Part shown: positions 36,551-45,207 of the stretch, in pieces
Layout of the letters: every line of letters starts with the position of its first letter
Position numbering within the stretch: the stretch's first letter is position 1
Source: Gammaproteobacteria bacterium
GTDB lineage: Bacteria; Pseudomonadota; Gammaproteobacteria; Eutrophobiales; Eutrophobiaceae
Length of the DNA: 64,000 nucleotides
Direction: 5' to 3'
Assembly (NCBI GenBank): GCA_016193395.1
Contig: JACPSH010000004.1
Coordinates: 6,549 to 70,548 of the forward strand
Notes under the pieces: generated by a model
The model's input: only the letters and a program-made list of their open reading frames with translations
Database searches by the model: none
Told to the model about the DNA's origin: nothing
Made by a program: the position numbers and the translations under genes

Positions 36551-36703
36551 ATGCGGGTGATCGCCGGAACATTCGTACCGGTGAGCGGCGCGATCTATTT
36601 CGCGTTCTGCGTGCGCCGCGTGATCGGCGTGGAGAATCCCGGCACGGCAATGATCGGCGTAATCATGGTGGCCATCCTGGTGGATTTTCTGGAGCTGCTG
36701 TGA
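36551..36703 (+). CDS. Possible 50-aa two-helix small membrane protein (speculative)
   Basis: MRVIAGTFVPVSGAIYFAFCVRRVIGVENPGTAMIGVIMVAILVDFLELL has two hydrophobic stretches. No RBS or family was recognised. Confidence 0.2.
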   Translation: MRVIAGTFVPVSGAIYFAFCVRRVIGVENPGTAMIGVIMVAILVDFLELL

Positions 36704-36849
36704 ATGCGCGGCGCGGCGCGCGATCTAGGCAGGGCCGGGGAATTGCGTCATCCTGTGCCGATGGGGGCCGCGCACATCAATCTTCCGTTGCCTGCGTCTG
36801 TTCCGGCCCTTAACATGCCCGCCTTTTGCGGGATCTACTGAAGCCTCCC

Positions 36850-38628
36850 ATGCGCAGCCATTACTGCGGACAACTGTCCGCCGCACTGATCGATCGGGAA
36901 GTCGAACTGTGCGGCTGGGTGCACCGCCGCCGCGACCACGGCGGGGTGATCTTCATCGATCTGCGCGACCGCGAGGGCATCGCCCAGGTGGTGTTCAATC
37001 CCGAGCACCCGGTGCCGTTCGAGGCCGCCAATGCGCTGCGCAACGAGTTCGTGGTGCGGGTCAGGGGGCGCGTACGCCACCGGCCCGAAGGTACTGTCAA
37101 TCCAGACCTGCCGACCGGAGAAGTCGAGGTAGTAGGCGCTCACATCGAGGTATTGAACCCGGCCAGAACCCCGCCCTTCCAGCTCGACGACGAGAACCTG
37201 AACGACGACCTGCGGCTGCGTTACCGCTACGTCGATCTGCGCCGGCCGGTGATGCAGGAGAACCTGCGGCTGCGCAGCCGGATCACGCGCATCCTGCGCG
37301 AATTCATGGACCGGCACGGATTTCTCGAGATTGAAACCCCGATCCTCACCAAGGCGACGCCCGAAGGCGCGCGCGACTATCTGGTGCCGAGCCGCACGCA
37401 TCCGGGCCATTTCTTCGCCCTGCCGCAGTCGCCGCAATTGTTCAAGCAGTTGCTGATGATGTCCGGTATGGATCGCTACTACCAGATCGCGCGCTGTTTC
37501 CGCGACGAGGATCTGCGCGCCGACCGCCAGCCGGAATTCACGCAGCTCGACATCGAGGTGTCGTTCATGGACGAGGCGGCGATCACCGATCTGATGGAAG
37601 ATATGATCCGGCACCTGTTCCGCGAGGCGATCGGCGTCGAGTTGCCGGCGCGCTTCCCGCGCATCACGCACGAAGAGGCGGTGCGGCGTTTCGGCACCGA
37701 CCGGCCGGACCTGCGCAACCCGCTCGAGTTCGTCGAGATCGCCGATCTGGTGCGCGAGGTGAATTTCAAAGTATTTGCCAGACCCGCCAGCATGGCGAAC
37801 GGCCGCGTCGCCGCCATGCGCCTGCCGGGCGGCGGCGAACTGCCGCGCTCCGTGGTCGATAGCTACGAGGAATTCGTGAAGCAGCACGGCGCGAAGGGTC
37901 TCGCCTATATCAAAGTGAACGAGATCCGGGATGGGCGCGACGGCCTGCAGTCGCCGATCCTCAAGTTCCTGCCTGATGACGTGATCCAGGCGGTACTCAA
38001 GCGCGTTGGCGCGCAGACCGGCGACCTCGTCTTCTTCGGCGCTGACAAGCGCAAGGTGGTGAACGATTCGCTGGGCGCGCTGCGCAACAAGATCGCTCAC
38101 GATCTGAACCTGCTCCGCGGCGAATGGGAACTCCTGTGGGTGGAGGATTTCCCGATGTTCGAATACAACGAAGAGGAAAAGCGCTGGGACCCGATGCACC
38201 ACCCGTTCACCGCGCCGCGCGTCGCGATGCCCGCGCAACTGACCGCGGATCCCGGCGGCTGCCTGTCACGCGCCTACGACCTGGTGCTGAACGGCATCGA
38301 GTTGGGCGGCGGGTCCGTGCGCATTCATCGCCCGGAAATGCAGAAGGCGGTGTTCCAGTTGCTCGGCATTTCCGAACAGGACGCGGAGGAGAAGTTCGGC
38401 TTTCTCATCAGCGCGCTGGACTTCGGCTGCCCGCCGCACGGCGGCATTGCCTTCGGCCTCGATCGGCTGGTGATGCTGATGGCGGGCATGCATTCGATCC
38501 GCGACGTGATCGCCTTCCCCAAGACCCAGACCGCAAGCTGCCTGCTGACCTCGGCGCCGTCCCCCGCCAGCGCGACGCAGTTGAAGGAACTGGGGATCCG
38601 CGTGGCAACCCCCGCCAAACCGAAATAA
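36850..38628 (+). CDS. aspS: Aspartate--tRNA ligase
   Basis: [43 protein letters not shown], plus class II motifs ([26 protein letters not shown], and a GLDR-type motif). Confidence 0.95.
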   Translation: MRSHYCGQLSAALIDREVELCGWVHRRRDHGGVIFIDLRDREGIAQVVFNPEHPVPFEAANALRNEFVVRVRGRVRHRPEGTVNPDLPTGEVEVVGAHIEVLNPARTPPFQLDDENLNDDLRLRYRYVDLRRPVMQENLRLRSRITRILREFMDRHGFLEIETPILTKATPEGARDYLVPSRTHPGHFFALPQSPQLFKQLLMMSGMDRYYQIARCFRDEDLRADRQPEFTQLDIEVSFMDEAAITDLMEDMIRHLFREAIGVELPARFPRITHEEAVRRFGTDRPDLRNPLEFVEIADLVREVNFKVFARPASMANGRVAAMRLPGGGELPRSVVDSYEEFVKQHGAKGLAYIKVNEIRDGRDGLQSPILKFLPDDVIQAVLKRVGAQTGDLVFFGADKRKVVNDSLGALRNKIAHDLNLLRGEWELLWVEDFPMFEYNEEEKRWDPMHHPFTAPRVAMPAQLTADPGGCLSRAYDLVLNGIELGGGSVRIHRPEMQKAVFQLLGISEQDAEEKFGFLISALDFGCPPHGGIAFGLDRLVMLMAGMHSIRDVIAFPKTQTASCLLTSAPSPASATQLKELGIRVATPAKPK

Positions 38629-38639
38629 TTCCTGGCGGG

Positions 38640-38766
38640 ATGGCCGCTCCCGGCCCTCCCTGGCCTCCGCGGCACCTGTACTTCCATGTGCAATGGCCGC
38701 TCCCGGCCCTCCCTGGCCTCCGCGGCACCTGTACTTCCATGTGCAATGGCCGCTCCCGGCCATCCC
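38640..38766. repeat. Tandem repeat, 53-bp unit x ~2.3
   Basis: ATGGCCGCTCCCGGCCCTCCCTGGCCTCCGCGGCACCTGTACTTCCATGTGCA occurs at 38640-38692 and identically at 38693-38745. A partial third copy follows. Confidence 0.9.
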
Positions 38767-38850
38767 GCCCCGCATCGTCGTTCAGTGGAGCCGGATTTAT
38801 ACGGCCGGATAGCCTGTTCCAGCCAGTTATGCGGGGCTTGCGCCCGGATG

Positions 38851-38888
38851 GTGTACCAAGTACACTGAGCTTATTGTATTACGTACAC
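38851..38888. promoter_or_regulatory. Two TGTA-N5-TACA palindromes, candidate NrtR operators
   Basis: GTGTACCAAGTACAC (38851-38865) and TTGTATTACGTACAC (38874-38888), with centres 23 bp apart. They end 9 nt before the nrtR start codon. Confidence 0.5.
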
Positions 38889-38896
38889 TAAGCAAC

Positions 38897-39559
38897 ATGT
38901 ACAACTACATTTACCCCCATCCCGCGGTGTCGACGGACATCGTCCTCTTCACCATCGAGGAGGAAAAACTGAAGGTCCTGCTGATCCAGCGCGCGGCCGA
39001 TCCGTTCCGCGATCACTGGGCGCTGCCTGGCGGTTTCGTCGAAATCGATGAAGACCTGGAGGCCGGCGCGCTGCGCGAGCTGGGGGAGGAAACCGGCGTG
39101 ACCGGTGTCTGGCTCGAACAGTTGTACACCTTCGGCCGGCCGGATCGCGATCCGCGCGAGCGCGTCATCACCATCGCCTACTATGCGCTCGTGCCCATCG
39201 ATCGGCTGCACGTCCGTGCCGCCTCCGATGCGCGCGACGCCCGCTGGTTCGAGTGGAAGAACCTGCCGCCGCTCGCCTTCGATCACCGCGAGATCATCGA
39301 CCGCGCGCACCGGCGCCTCGCGGCGAAGCTGGATTACTCCAACATCGCGCTGCAATTCATGCCGAGCCGTTTCACGCTCGGTGAACTGCAGAAGGTCTAC
39401 GAGATCATCCGCGGCGAGGCGCTCGACAAACGCAACTTCCGCAAGCGCGTACGCTCCTGGGGCAGCATCGAGTCCACCGGCGAGCGACGCAACGGCAAAC
39501 ATCGCCCGGCCCGCCTGTTCACGGCCAGGGAACCCGGGCGCGTGGAGTTCGTGAAATGA
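38897..39559 (+). CDS. nrtR: NrtR-family Nudix-related transcriptional regulator of NAD metabolism
   Basis: 220 aa. It has an intact Nudix box ([24 protein letters not shown]) and a C-terminal wHTH block ([27 protein letters not shown]...HRPARLF). It overlaps the nadA start (ATGA). Confidence 0.8.
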   Translation: MYNYIYPHPAVSTDIVLFTIEEEKLKVLLIQRAADPFRDHWALPGGFVEIDEDLEAGALRELGEETGVTGVWLEQLYTFGRPDRDPRERVITIAYYALVPIDRLHVRAASDARDARWFEWKNLPPLAFDHREIIDRAHRRLAAKLDYSNIALQFMPSRFTLGELQKVYEIIRGEALDKRNFRKRVRSWGSIESTGERRNGKHRPARLFTAREPGRVEFVK

Positions 39560-40638
39560 CTGTTCTGAACAACACGGTCGAGTTGCCTGACCGCCGTATT
39601 CCTCCGGAACTCGTGCCGGAGACGATCGTGGAAACACTCGAACCCGCCGAGCGAGATGAGCTGCGCGCGCGCATCAAGCGCCTCTTGAAGGAACAGGACG
39701 CGGTGCTGGTCGCGCATTACTACACCGATCCCGATCTGCAGTCCCTTGCGGACGAGACCGGCGGCACCGTATCGGATTCGCTGGACATGGCGCGCTTTGG
39801 ACACGAATCGAAGGCGCGCACGCTGGTCGTGTCCGGCGTGCGCTTCATGGGCGAGACCGCCAAGATCCTCAACCCCGAAAAGCGCGTGCTGATGCCCGAT
39901 CTGGCGGCCGAGTGCTCCCTCGATCTCGGCTGCCCGGCGGATGAATTCAGCCGCTTCTGCGACCAGCGCCCGGATCGCACCGTGGTCGTTTATGCCAACA
40001 CCAGCGCCGCGGTCAAGGCGCGCGCCGACTGGATGGTCACTTCCAGCAGTGCGGTGGAAGTGATCACTTACCTCATGCAGAAGGGCGAGAAATTCACCTG
40101 GGCGCCCGACAAATACCTCGGTCAGTACATCCAGGAACAGACCGGGGCCGACATGCTCATCTGGCAGGGCGCCTGTGTCGTGCACGAGGAGTTCAAGGGG
40201 ATTGAGCTCGCGGATCTGAAGCGCCAGCACCCCGAGGCAAGAGTCCTTGTGCACCCGGAATCGCCGGCGTCCGTCATCGAGCAGGCGGATGCCATCGCCT
40301 CCACCACCGGCATCATCCGCGCGGCGCAGGAAATGCGGGCGAAGGAATATATCGTCGCGACCGACAAGGGCATCTTCCACAAGCTCAAGGAAGCGGTGCC
40401 CGGCGCCGTATTCATCGAGGCCCCGACCGCGGGCCGGAGCGCCACGTGCAAAAGCTGCGCGCACTGTCCGTGGATGGCGATGAACACGCTCCGCAAACTC
40501 GCGCGCACGCTGGAGACCCGTGGAAATGAAATCCACGTCGACCCGAGGATCCTCGATCGCGCGCGCGTGCCCATCAAAAGGTTGCTGGACTTCGCAGAGA
40601 GCCGGCGCAAGACGATCTACGGCGCCAATGACGCCTGA
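39556..40638 (+). CDS. nadA: Quinolinate synthase NadA
   Basis: 360 aa, [10 protein letters not shown]...[13 protein letters not shown]...C..H (three-Cys Fe-S ligand pattern) and a typical length. Confidence 0.93.
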   Translation: MTVLNNTVELPDRRIPPELVPETIVETLEPAERDELRARIKRLLKEQDAVLVAHYYTDPDLQSLADETGGTVSDSLDMARFGHESKARTLVVSGVRFMGETAKILNPEKRVLMPDLAAECSLDLGCPADEFSRFCDQRPDRTVVVYANTSAAVKARADWMVTSSSAVEVITYLMQKGEKFTWAPDKYLGQYIQEQTGADMLIWQGACVVHEEFKGIELADLKRQHPEARVLVHPESPASVIEQADAIASTTGIIRAAQEMRAKEYIVATDKGIFHKLKEAVPGAVFIEAPTAGRSATCKSCAHCPWMAMNTLRKLARTLETRGNEIHVDPRILDRARVPIKRLLDFAESRRKTIYGANDA

Positions 40639-40643
40639 ACAAA

Positions 40644-40760
40644 GTGGAAAGTGAAAAGTACAAAGTGTAAAGGAGGAACTGCCGCGCACCTCCATTCATG
40701 GCCCTACGCTGTTTCCGTCTCTTTGCTTTTCACTTTCAACTTTTGACTTTTGACTTTTCA
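40644..40760. repeat. Hairpin whose arms are tandem 7-nt units (TGAAAAG family), locus A
   Basis: The left arm is TGGAAAG TGAAAAG TACAAAG TGTAAAG. The right arm is CTTTTCA CTTTCAA CTTTTGA CTTTTGA CTTTTCA. Positions 40645-40665 pair with 40721-40739. Confidence 0.85.
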
Positions 40761-40785
40761 CTCTGGCCCTGGCCCGAAACTGCAG

Positions 40786-41448
40786 ATGCACAAGGAAAGC
40801 GTCGTGCTGGTGCACGGCCTGTGGTTCAACGGCCTCGACATGTCCCTGTTACGCCTGCGGCTCAACCGCGCCGGATACAATGCGCGCCAGTTTTCCTATC
40901 CAAGCGTGCGCTCCTCCCCGCTCATGAATGCCATGGCGCTGAATGCCTTCATGCGCCGTTTGAACTCGGACACGGTGCACCTGGTCGGCCACAGCCTCGG
41001 CGGCATCATCATCCGCCACCTGCTGCAGGAATATCCGGATCAGCGGCCGGGACGCGTTGTCACGCTGGGCACGCCGCACCATTCCAGCAGCGCCGCACGC
41101 ACGCTTTCGCACTGGCTGCCCGGCCGCATCGTGCTGGGCAAAAGCGTCCACGACGGTCTGCTCGGCGGCGCGCCGCGCTGGCCGGCGCAGCGCGAACTGG
41201 GCTGCATAGCCGGAACCCTGCGCCTCGGCATGGGGACGATCGTGCCGGGGATCCCGAGGCCCAGCGACGGAACTGTCGCCGTAGAGGAAACGCAACTGTC
41301 GGAGATGCGCGATCACATCGCGCTTCCGGTCTCGCACTTCGGCATGCTGCTCTCGTCCCGGGTCGCGAAGGAAGTCGTGCATTTCCTCCGGCACGGCCGC
41401 TTCAGCGACCACGCTGCGCGTGAGTTCAAAGCGAAAAGTGGAAAGTGA
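40786..41448 (+). CDS. Alpha/beta hydrolase (lipase/PGAP1-like fold)
   Basis: ATG 40786 (MHKESVVLVHGLWFNG), as the earlier track start lies inside the repeat array. It has a GHSLGG nucleophile elbow. The last codons (KAKSGK) are encoded by the next repeat. Confidence 0.75.
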   Translation: MHKESVVLVHGLWFNGLDMSLLRLRLNRAGYNARQFSYPSVRSSPLMNAMALNAFMRRLNSDTVHLVGHSLGGIIIRHLLQEYPDQRPGRVVTLGTPHHSSSAARTLSHWLPGRIVLGKSVHDGLLGGAPRWPAQRELGCIAGTLRLGMGTIVPGIPRPSDGTVAVEETQLSEMRDHIALPVSHFGMLLSSRVAKEVVHFLRHGRFSDHAAREFKAKSGK

Positions 41449-41511
41449 AGAGCAGGAAACGCCCGCCGTTGAAGTCTGCCGCGCTTTGCACTTTTCACTT
41501 TTGACTTTCCA
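41426..41511. repeat. Hairpin with 7-nt-unit arms (TGAAAAG family), locus B
   Basis: The left arm is TCAAAG CGAAAAG TGGAAAG TGAAGAG. The right arm is CTTTGCA CTTTTCA CTTTTGA CTTTCCA. Confidence 0.85.
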
Positions 41512-41585
41512 CTGCCTTTACGCCTCACCGGCACCGGGTGTTAAGATTCGCCGAATACCACCACCCGTATCCATTCCGGTATCCC

Positions 41586-42338
41586 ATGGCAGGCCACAGC
41601 AAATGGGCCAATATCCAGCACCGCAAGGGCCGCCAGGACTCCCGGCGCGGAAAGCTTTTCTCCAAGCTCATTCGCGAGATCACGGTCGCCGCGCGCAGCG
41701 GCGGCGGGCCCGATCCGGCCTCCAACCCGCGCCTGCGGGCGGCGATCGACGCCGCGGCGACCGCCAACATGTCGAAGGACACTATCGAGCGCGCCATCAA
41801 GCGCGCGGCGGGTCCCGGCGAGGGCGCGAATCTCGAGGAAATCCGCTACGAGGGATACGGCCCGGGCGGCGTCGCGGTGATGGTCGACTGCATGTCCGAT
41901 AACCGCAACCGCACCGTGGCGGAGTTACGCCATGCCTTCAGCAAGTGCGGCGGCAATCTCGGCACGGGCGGATCCGTCGCCTATTTGTTCACGAAGGCCG
42001 GCAGCCTCTCCTTCCCCGCCGGCACCGACGAAGACCGTCTGCTGGAACTCGCGCTGGATGCCGGCGCCGAGGACGTCGTGAGCAGCGAGGACGGCTCCTT
42101 CGAAGTCGTCACCGCGCCGGACGCGCTGGTCGAAATCAAGGAACGCCTGATCGGCTCCGGCCTGAGCCCGGAAAGCACCGAGGTGACCATGCGCGCCTCG
42201 ACCAACCAGAAGCTCGGCAGGGATCACGCCGAGAGCATGGTGCGGCTGCTGGAGATGCTGGAAGAACTGGATGACGTGCAGAAGGTGTACTCGAACGCGG
42301 ACATACCGAATGAGATTCTGGAGCAAATCGCGGGTTAA
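41586..42338 (+). CDS. yebC: YebC/PmpR family DNA-binding transcriptional regulator
   Basis: The MAGHSKWANIQHRKG start is diagnostic; 250 aa. Confidence 0.92.
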   Translation: MAGHSKWANIQHRKGRQDSRRGKLFSKLIREITVAARSGGGPDPASNPRLRAAIDAAATANMSKDTIERAIKRAAGPGEGANLEEIRYEGYGPGGVAVMVDCMSDNRNRTVAELRHAFSKCGGNLGTGGSVAYLFTKAGSLSFPAGTDEDRLLELALDAGAEDVVSSEDGSFEVVTAPDALVEIKERLIGSGLSPESTEVTMRASTNQKLGRDHAESMVRLLEMLEELDDVQKVYSNADIPNEILEQIAG

Positions 42339-42340
42339 AC

Positions 42341-42410
42341 CGTATCTTGTATCTTGTTTCTCGTATCGCGCAGGATCCATGTTGCGAGATGCGAGATACG
42401 AAAGACGAGC
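42341..42410. repeat. Hairpin with 7-nt-unit arms (CGTATCT family), locus C
   Basis: The left arm is CGTATCT TGTATCT TGTTTCT CGTATCG. The right arm is TGCGAG ATGCGAG ATACGAA AGACGAG. Positions 42341-42357 pair with 42384-42400. Confidence 0.8.
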
Positions 42411-42452
42411 AGCCCGCCAACCCAGGCGGCTGCGCGTCCCACAGGCGTCGTA

Positions 42453-42977
42453 GTGTCTACCATCCGCATCCTCGGCATCGATCCAGGCTTCCAGGCCACC
42501 GGATTCGGGATCGCGGACACCGACGGTTACCGCGCGCGGCACGTCTGCCACGGCGTCATCCGCGTGGACGGCGAAAACCTCGGAGAGAGACTGCGGTGCA
42601 TCTTCAGGGGCATCGGCGCCGTCCTCGCCGAGCATGGACCGGCGGAGGTCGCGGTGGAACGGGTGTTCATGCACCGCAACGCCGATTCCGCGCTGAAGCT
42701 CGGCCAGGCACGCGGCGCGGCGATCACCGCTTGCGCGGAGCGCGGCCTGCCCGTGCACGAATACACGCCGAACCAGATCAAGCAGGCGATCGTCGGTCGC
42801 GGCCATGCCGCCAAGCAGCAGGTGCAGCACATGATCCGGATCCTGCTCAACCTCGAGGAATTGCCCCAGGCGGACGCCGCGGACGCGCTGGCGATCGCGA
42901 TCTGCCACGGCCATTTCCGCGAGGGACTGAAGCGCATGCCCGGCGTGACCGGAATGACGCGGGGGCGGCTGCGGTGA
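42453..42977 (+). CDS. ruvC: Crossover junction endodeoxyribonuclease RuvC
   Basis: The GTG start gives STIRILGIDPGFQATGFG; 174 aa, a typical RuvC length. The upstream part of the track ORF lies in the repeat. Confidence 0.9.
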   Translation: MSTIRILGIDPGFQATGFGIADTDGYRARHVCHGVIRVDGENLGERLRCIFRGIGAVLAEHGPAEVAVERVFMHRNADSALKLGQARGAAITACAERGLPVHEYTPNQIKQAIVGRGHAAKQQVQHMIRILLNLEELPQADAADALAIAICHGHFREGLKRMPGVTGMTRGRLR

Positions 42978-43567
42978 TCGGCCGACTGCGCGGACGCCTG
43001 CTGCTGAAACGGCCGCCGGATCTTCTCGTTGACGTCCAGGGCGTCGGCTATGAACTGCAAGCGCCCATGACCACGTTTTACCGGCTGCCCGAGATCGGCG
43101 TCGAGATACATCTATATACGCATTTCGTGGTGCGCGAGGACGCGCAACTGCTGTTCGGCTTCGCGAGCGAGCAGGAAAGGCGCCTGTTCCGCACCCTGCT
43201 CAAGGTCAGCGGCGTCGGCGCCAAGACGGCGCTGACCATCCTTTCCGGAATGGAGGCCGATTCGCTGGCGCGGTGCATACGGGCGGGCGATGCCGAACGC
43301 CTGGTCAAGCTGCCCGGGATCGGCAGGAAGACCGCCGATCGGCTGATTGTGGAGATGCGCGACCGGCTCAAGGGCTGGGAAACCGTTGACGGTGCCGCAA
43401 CCTCGGGGCCGACGGAAACGCCCGGCGCCATGGAAGAAGCCGTCAGCGCGCTGATCGCGCTCGGCTACCGGCCGCAGGAGGCGAGCCGGTTCGTGCAGGG
43501 CGTGGCGAAAGAAGGCATGAAAAGCGAGGACATCATCCGCGAGGCGCTGAAGGCCTCGATCCGGTGA
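42974..43567 (+). CDS. ruvA: Holliday junction branch migration complex subunit RuvA
   Basis: The GTG overlaps the ruvC stop (GTGA). It reads IGRLRGRLLLKRPPDLLVDVQGVGYEL, with HhH motifs (LLKVSGVGAKTAL, LPGIGRKTA). Confidence 0.92.
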   Translation: MIGRLRGRLLLKRPPDLLVDVQGVGYELQAPMTTFYRLPEIGVEIHLYTHFVVREDAQLLFGFASEQERRLFRTLLKVSGVGAKTALTILSGMEADSLARCIRAGDAERLVKLPGIGRKTADRLIVEMRDRLKGWETVDGAATSGPTETPGAMEEAVSALIALGYRPQEASRFVQGVAKEGMKSEDIIREALKASIR

Positions 43568-43613
43568 GTGATCAGGAGGCGGGATTTGTTGGCCGGTGTA
43601 GGGCCGGATTCAA

Positions 43614-43666
43614 TGCACATGGAAGTGCAGGTGCCGCGGAGGCCAGGGACGGCCGGGAGCGGCCAT
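43614..43666. repeat. Inverted single copy of the 53-bp unit seen at 38640-38766
   Basis: TGCACATGGAAGTGCAGGTGCCGCGGAGGCCAGGGACGGCCGGGAGCGGCCAT is the reverse complement of the aspS-downstream unit, matching 51 of 53 positions. Confidence 0.9.
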
Positions 43667-43727
43667 CCGGCCGTCATCCGATTGCGGATGGCAAAGCCGG
43701 GCGTTAAACGGGAAAATAGGCTCGACG

Positions 43728-44783
43728 ATGACCGATCCCAACCCAGTGGTCTCCCCCGTCGGTTCGGCGGAGGACCTGTCCACGGAATCGACCCTGCGGC
43801 CGCGCGTGCTGTCCGATTTCCAGGGGCAGCCGGCGGTGCGCGAACAGATGGAGATTTTCATCGGTGCGGCGCGCAAGCGCGGGGATTCCCTCGACCACGT
43901 GCTGATTTTCGGCCCGCCCGGGCTCGGCAAGACCACGCTCGCCCACATCATCGCCAACGAACTGCGCGTGAACCTGCGCCAGACCGCCGGCCCGGTGCTG
44001 GAGCGGCCGGGCGACATCGCCGCGCTGCTCACCAATCTCGAACCGCGCGATGTACTGTTCATCGACGAAATTCACCGCCTGAGCCCGGTGGTGGAGGAAA
44101 TACTCTATCCGGCGATGGAGGATTTCCAGATCGACATCATGATCGGAGAGGGACCGGCGGCGCGCGCCATCAAGCTCGACATCCCGCCGTTCACGCTGGT
44201 CGGCGCCACGACCCGCGCCGGCCTGCTGACCTCGCCCCTGCGCGACCGTTTTGGCATCGTGCAGCGGCTCGAGTTCTACAACATCCAGGACCTCGCCCGC
44301 ATCGTAACGCGCTCCGCCACGATCCTGGAGGTCCCCATCGACGGCGCCGGCGCGGGAGAGATCGCCTCCCGCTCACGGGGCACGCCGCGCATCGCCAACC
44401 GGCTGCTGAGGCGCGTGCGCGATTTCGCCGAAATGCGGGCCGACGGCAGCGTCTCCGAGGGCGTCGCGCGCAAGGCGCTGGACCTGCTCAATGTGGACGG
44501 TCACGGCTTCGACGTCATGGACCGCAAGCTGCTGCTGGCGATCATCCAGAAGTTCGAGGGCGGGCCGGTCGGCATCGACAGCCTGGCCGCCGCCATCGGC
44601 GAAGAACGCGATACCATAGAGGACGTGATCGAGCCCTTCCTGATCCAGCAGGGCTTCATGATGCGCACGGCGCGCGGCCGCATGGTCACGCGCTCGGCCT
44701 GGCTGCATTTCGGCCTGGACATCCCGAAATCCGTTGCCCTGGACTCGGACCTGTTTGAAAACGGCGGCCGGAACGCATCCTGA
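43728..44783 (+). CDS. ruvB: Holliday junction branch migration DNA helicase RuvB
   Basis: Walker [10 protein letters not shown], a conserved FIDEIHRL block, and a typical 351-aa length. Confidence 0.95.
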   Translation: MTDPNPVVSPVGSAEDLSTESTLRPRVLSDFQGQPAVREQMEIFIGAARKRGDSLDHVLIFGPPGLGKTTLAHIIANELRVNLRQTAGPVLERPGDIAALLTNLEPRDVLFIDEIHRLSPVVEEILYPAMEDFQIDIMIGEGPAARAIKLDIPPFTLVGATTRAGLLTSPLRDRFGIVQRLEFYNIQDLARIVTRSATILEVPIDGAGAGEIASRSRGTPRIANRLLRRVRDFAEMRADGSVSEGVARKALDLLNVDGHGFDVMDRKLLLAIIQKFEGGPVGIDSLAAAIGEERDTIEDVIEPFLIQQGFMMRTARGRMVTRSAWLHFGLDIPKSVALDSDLFENGGRNAS

Positions 44784-45207
44784 GCCCCGGTCCGGGGAGG
44801 CGAAGGAATTCAACTGGCCGGTGCGTGTCTACTACGAGGACACGGACTCCGGCGGCGTCGTCTATCACAGCAACTACCTAAAATACATGGAGCGAGCGCG
44901 GACGGAATGGCTGCGCGCCCTGGGCTATTCCCAGAACCAACTGCAATCGAAGGAGGGCGTGGTCTTCGCGGTCACTCGCATGAACATCCAGTTTTTCAAG
45001 CCCGCTCGCATCGACGACCTGCTGGAGGTGCGCACGCGCATCATCCGCAGCGGCGGCGCGAGCCTGACGTTCGATCAATCGATCTTCGCCGCAACCGGCG
45101 AACTGATCTGCCGCGCGGATGTGGAGGTCGCCTGCCTCGACGCGCGCACGTTCAGGCCCGCGCGTCTGCCGGCGGCCCTGCGATTGGAGACGAACGATGT
45201 CGACTGA
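44752..45207 (+). CDS. ybgC: Tol-Pal-associated acyl-CoA thioesterase YbgC
   Basis: The [29 protein letters not shown] hotdog-fold signature is present. The start is uncertain (TTG at 44752 or 44734), with no in-frame ATG before the conserved core. Confidence 0.75.
   Translation, partial: CLKTAAGTHPEPRSGEAKEFNWPVRVYYEDTDSGGVVYHSNYLKYMERARTEWLRALGYSQNQLQSKEGVVFAVTRMNIQFFKPARIDDLLEVRTRIIRSGGASLTFDQSIFAATGELICRADVEVACLDARTFRPARLPAALRLETNDVD

Noticed and set aside
36365-36703. 112-aa plus-strand ORF in the FTR1-aspS spacer
   Set aside because: The N-terminal two thirds is Arg/Pro/Ser-rich with no motif. Only the last 50 codons look protein-like, and these are kept as a very low-confidence small ORF.
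36835-38238. 467-aa minus-strand ORF opposite aspS, and 58459..59703 opposite rpoN
   Set aside because: aspS and rpoN are unambiguous, and the antisense translations are Arg/His/Val-rich nonsense.
38640-38766. Possible CRISPR array (identical direct repeats)
   Set aside because: The units are directly abutting with no spacers. There are only about 2.3 copies of 53 bp, and no cas genes are present in the window.
42940-42962. REP half-site (GACCGGAATGACG) inside the 3' end of ruvC
   Set aside because: Only one arm is present, with no inverted partner. It is probably a chance match within coding sequence.
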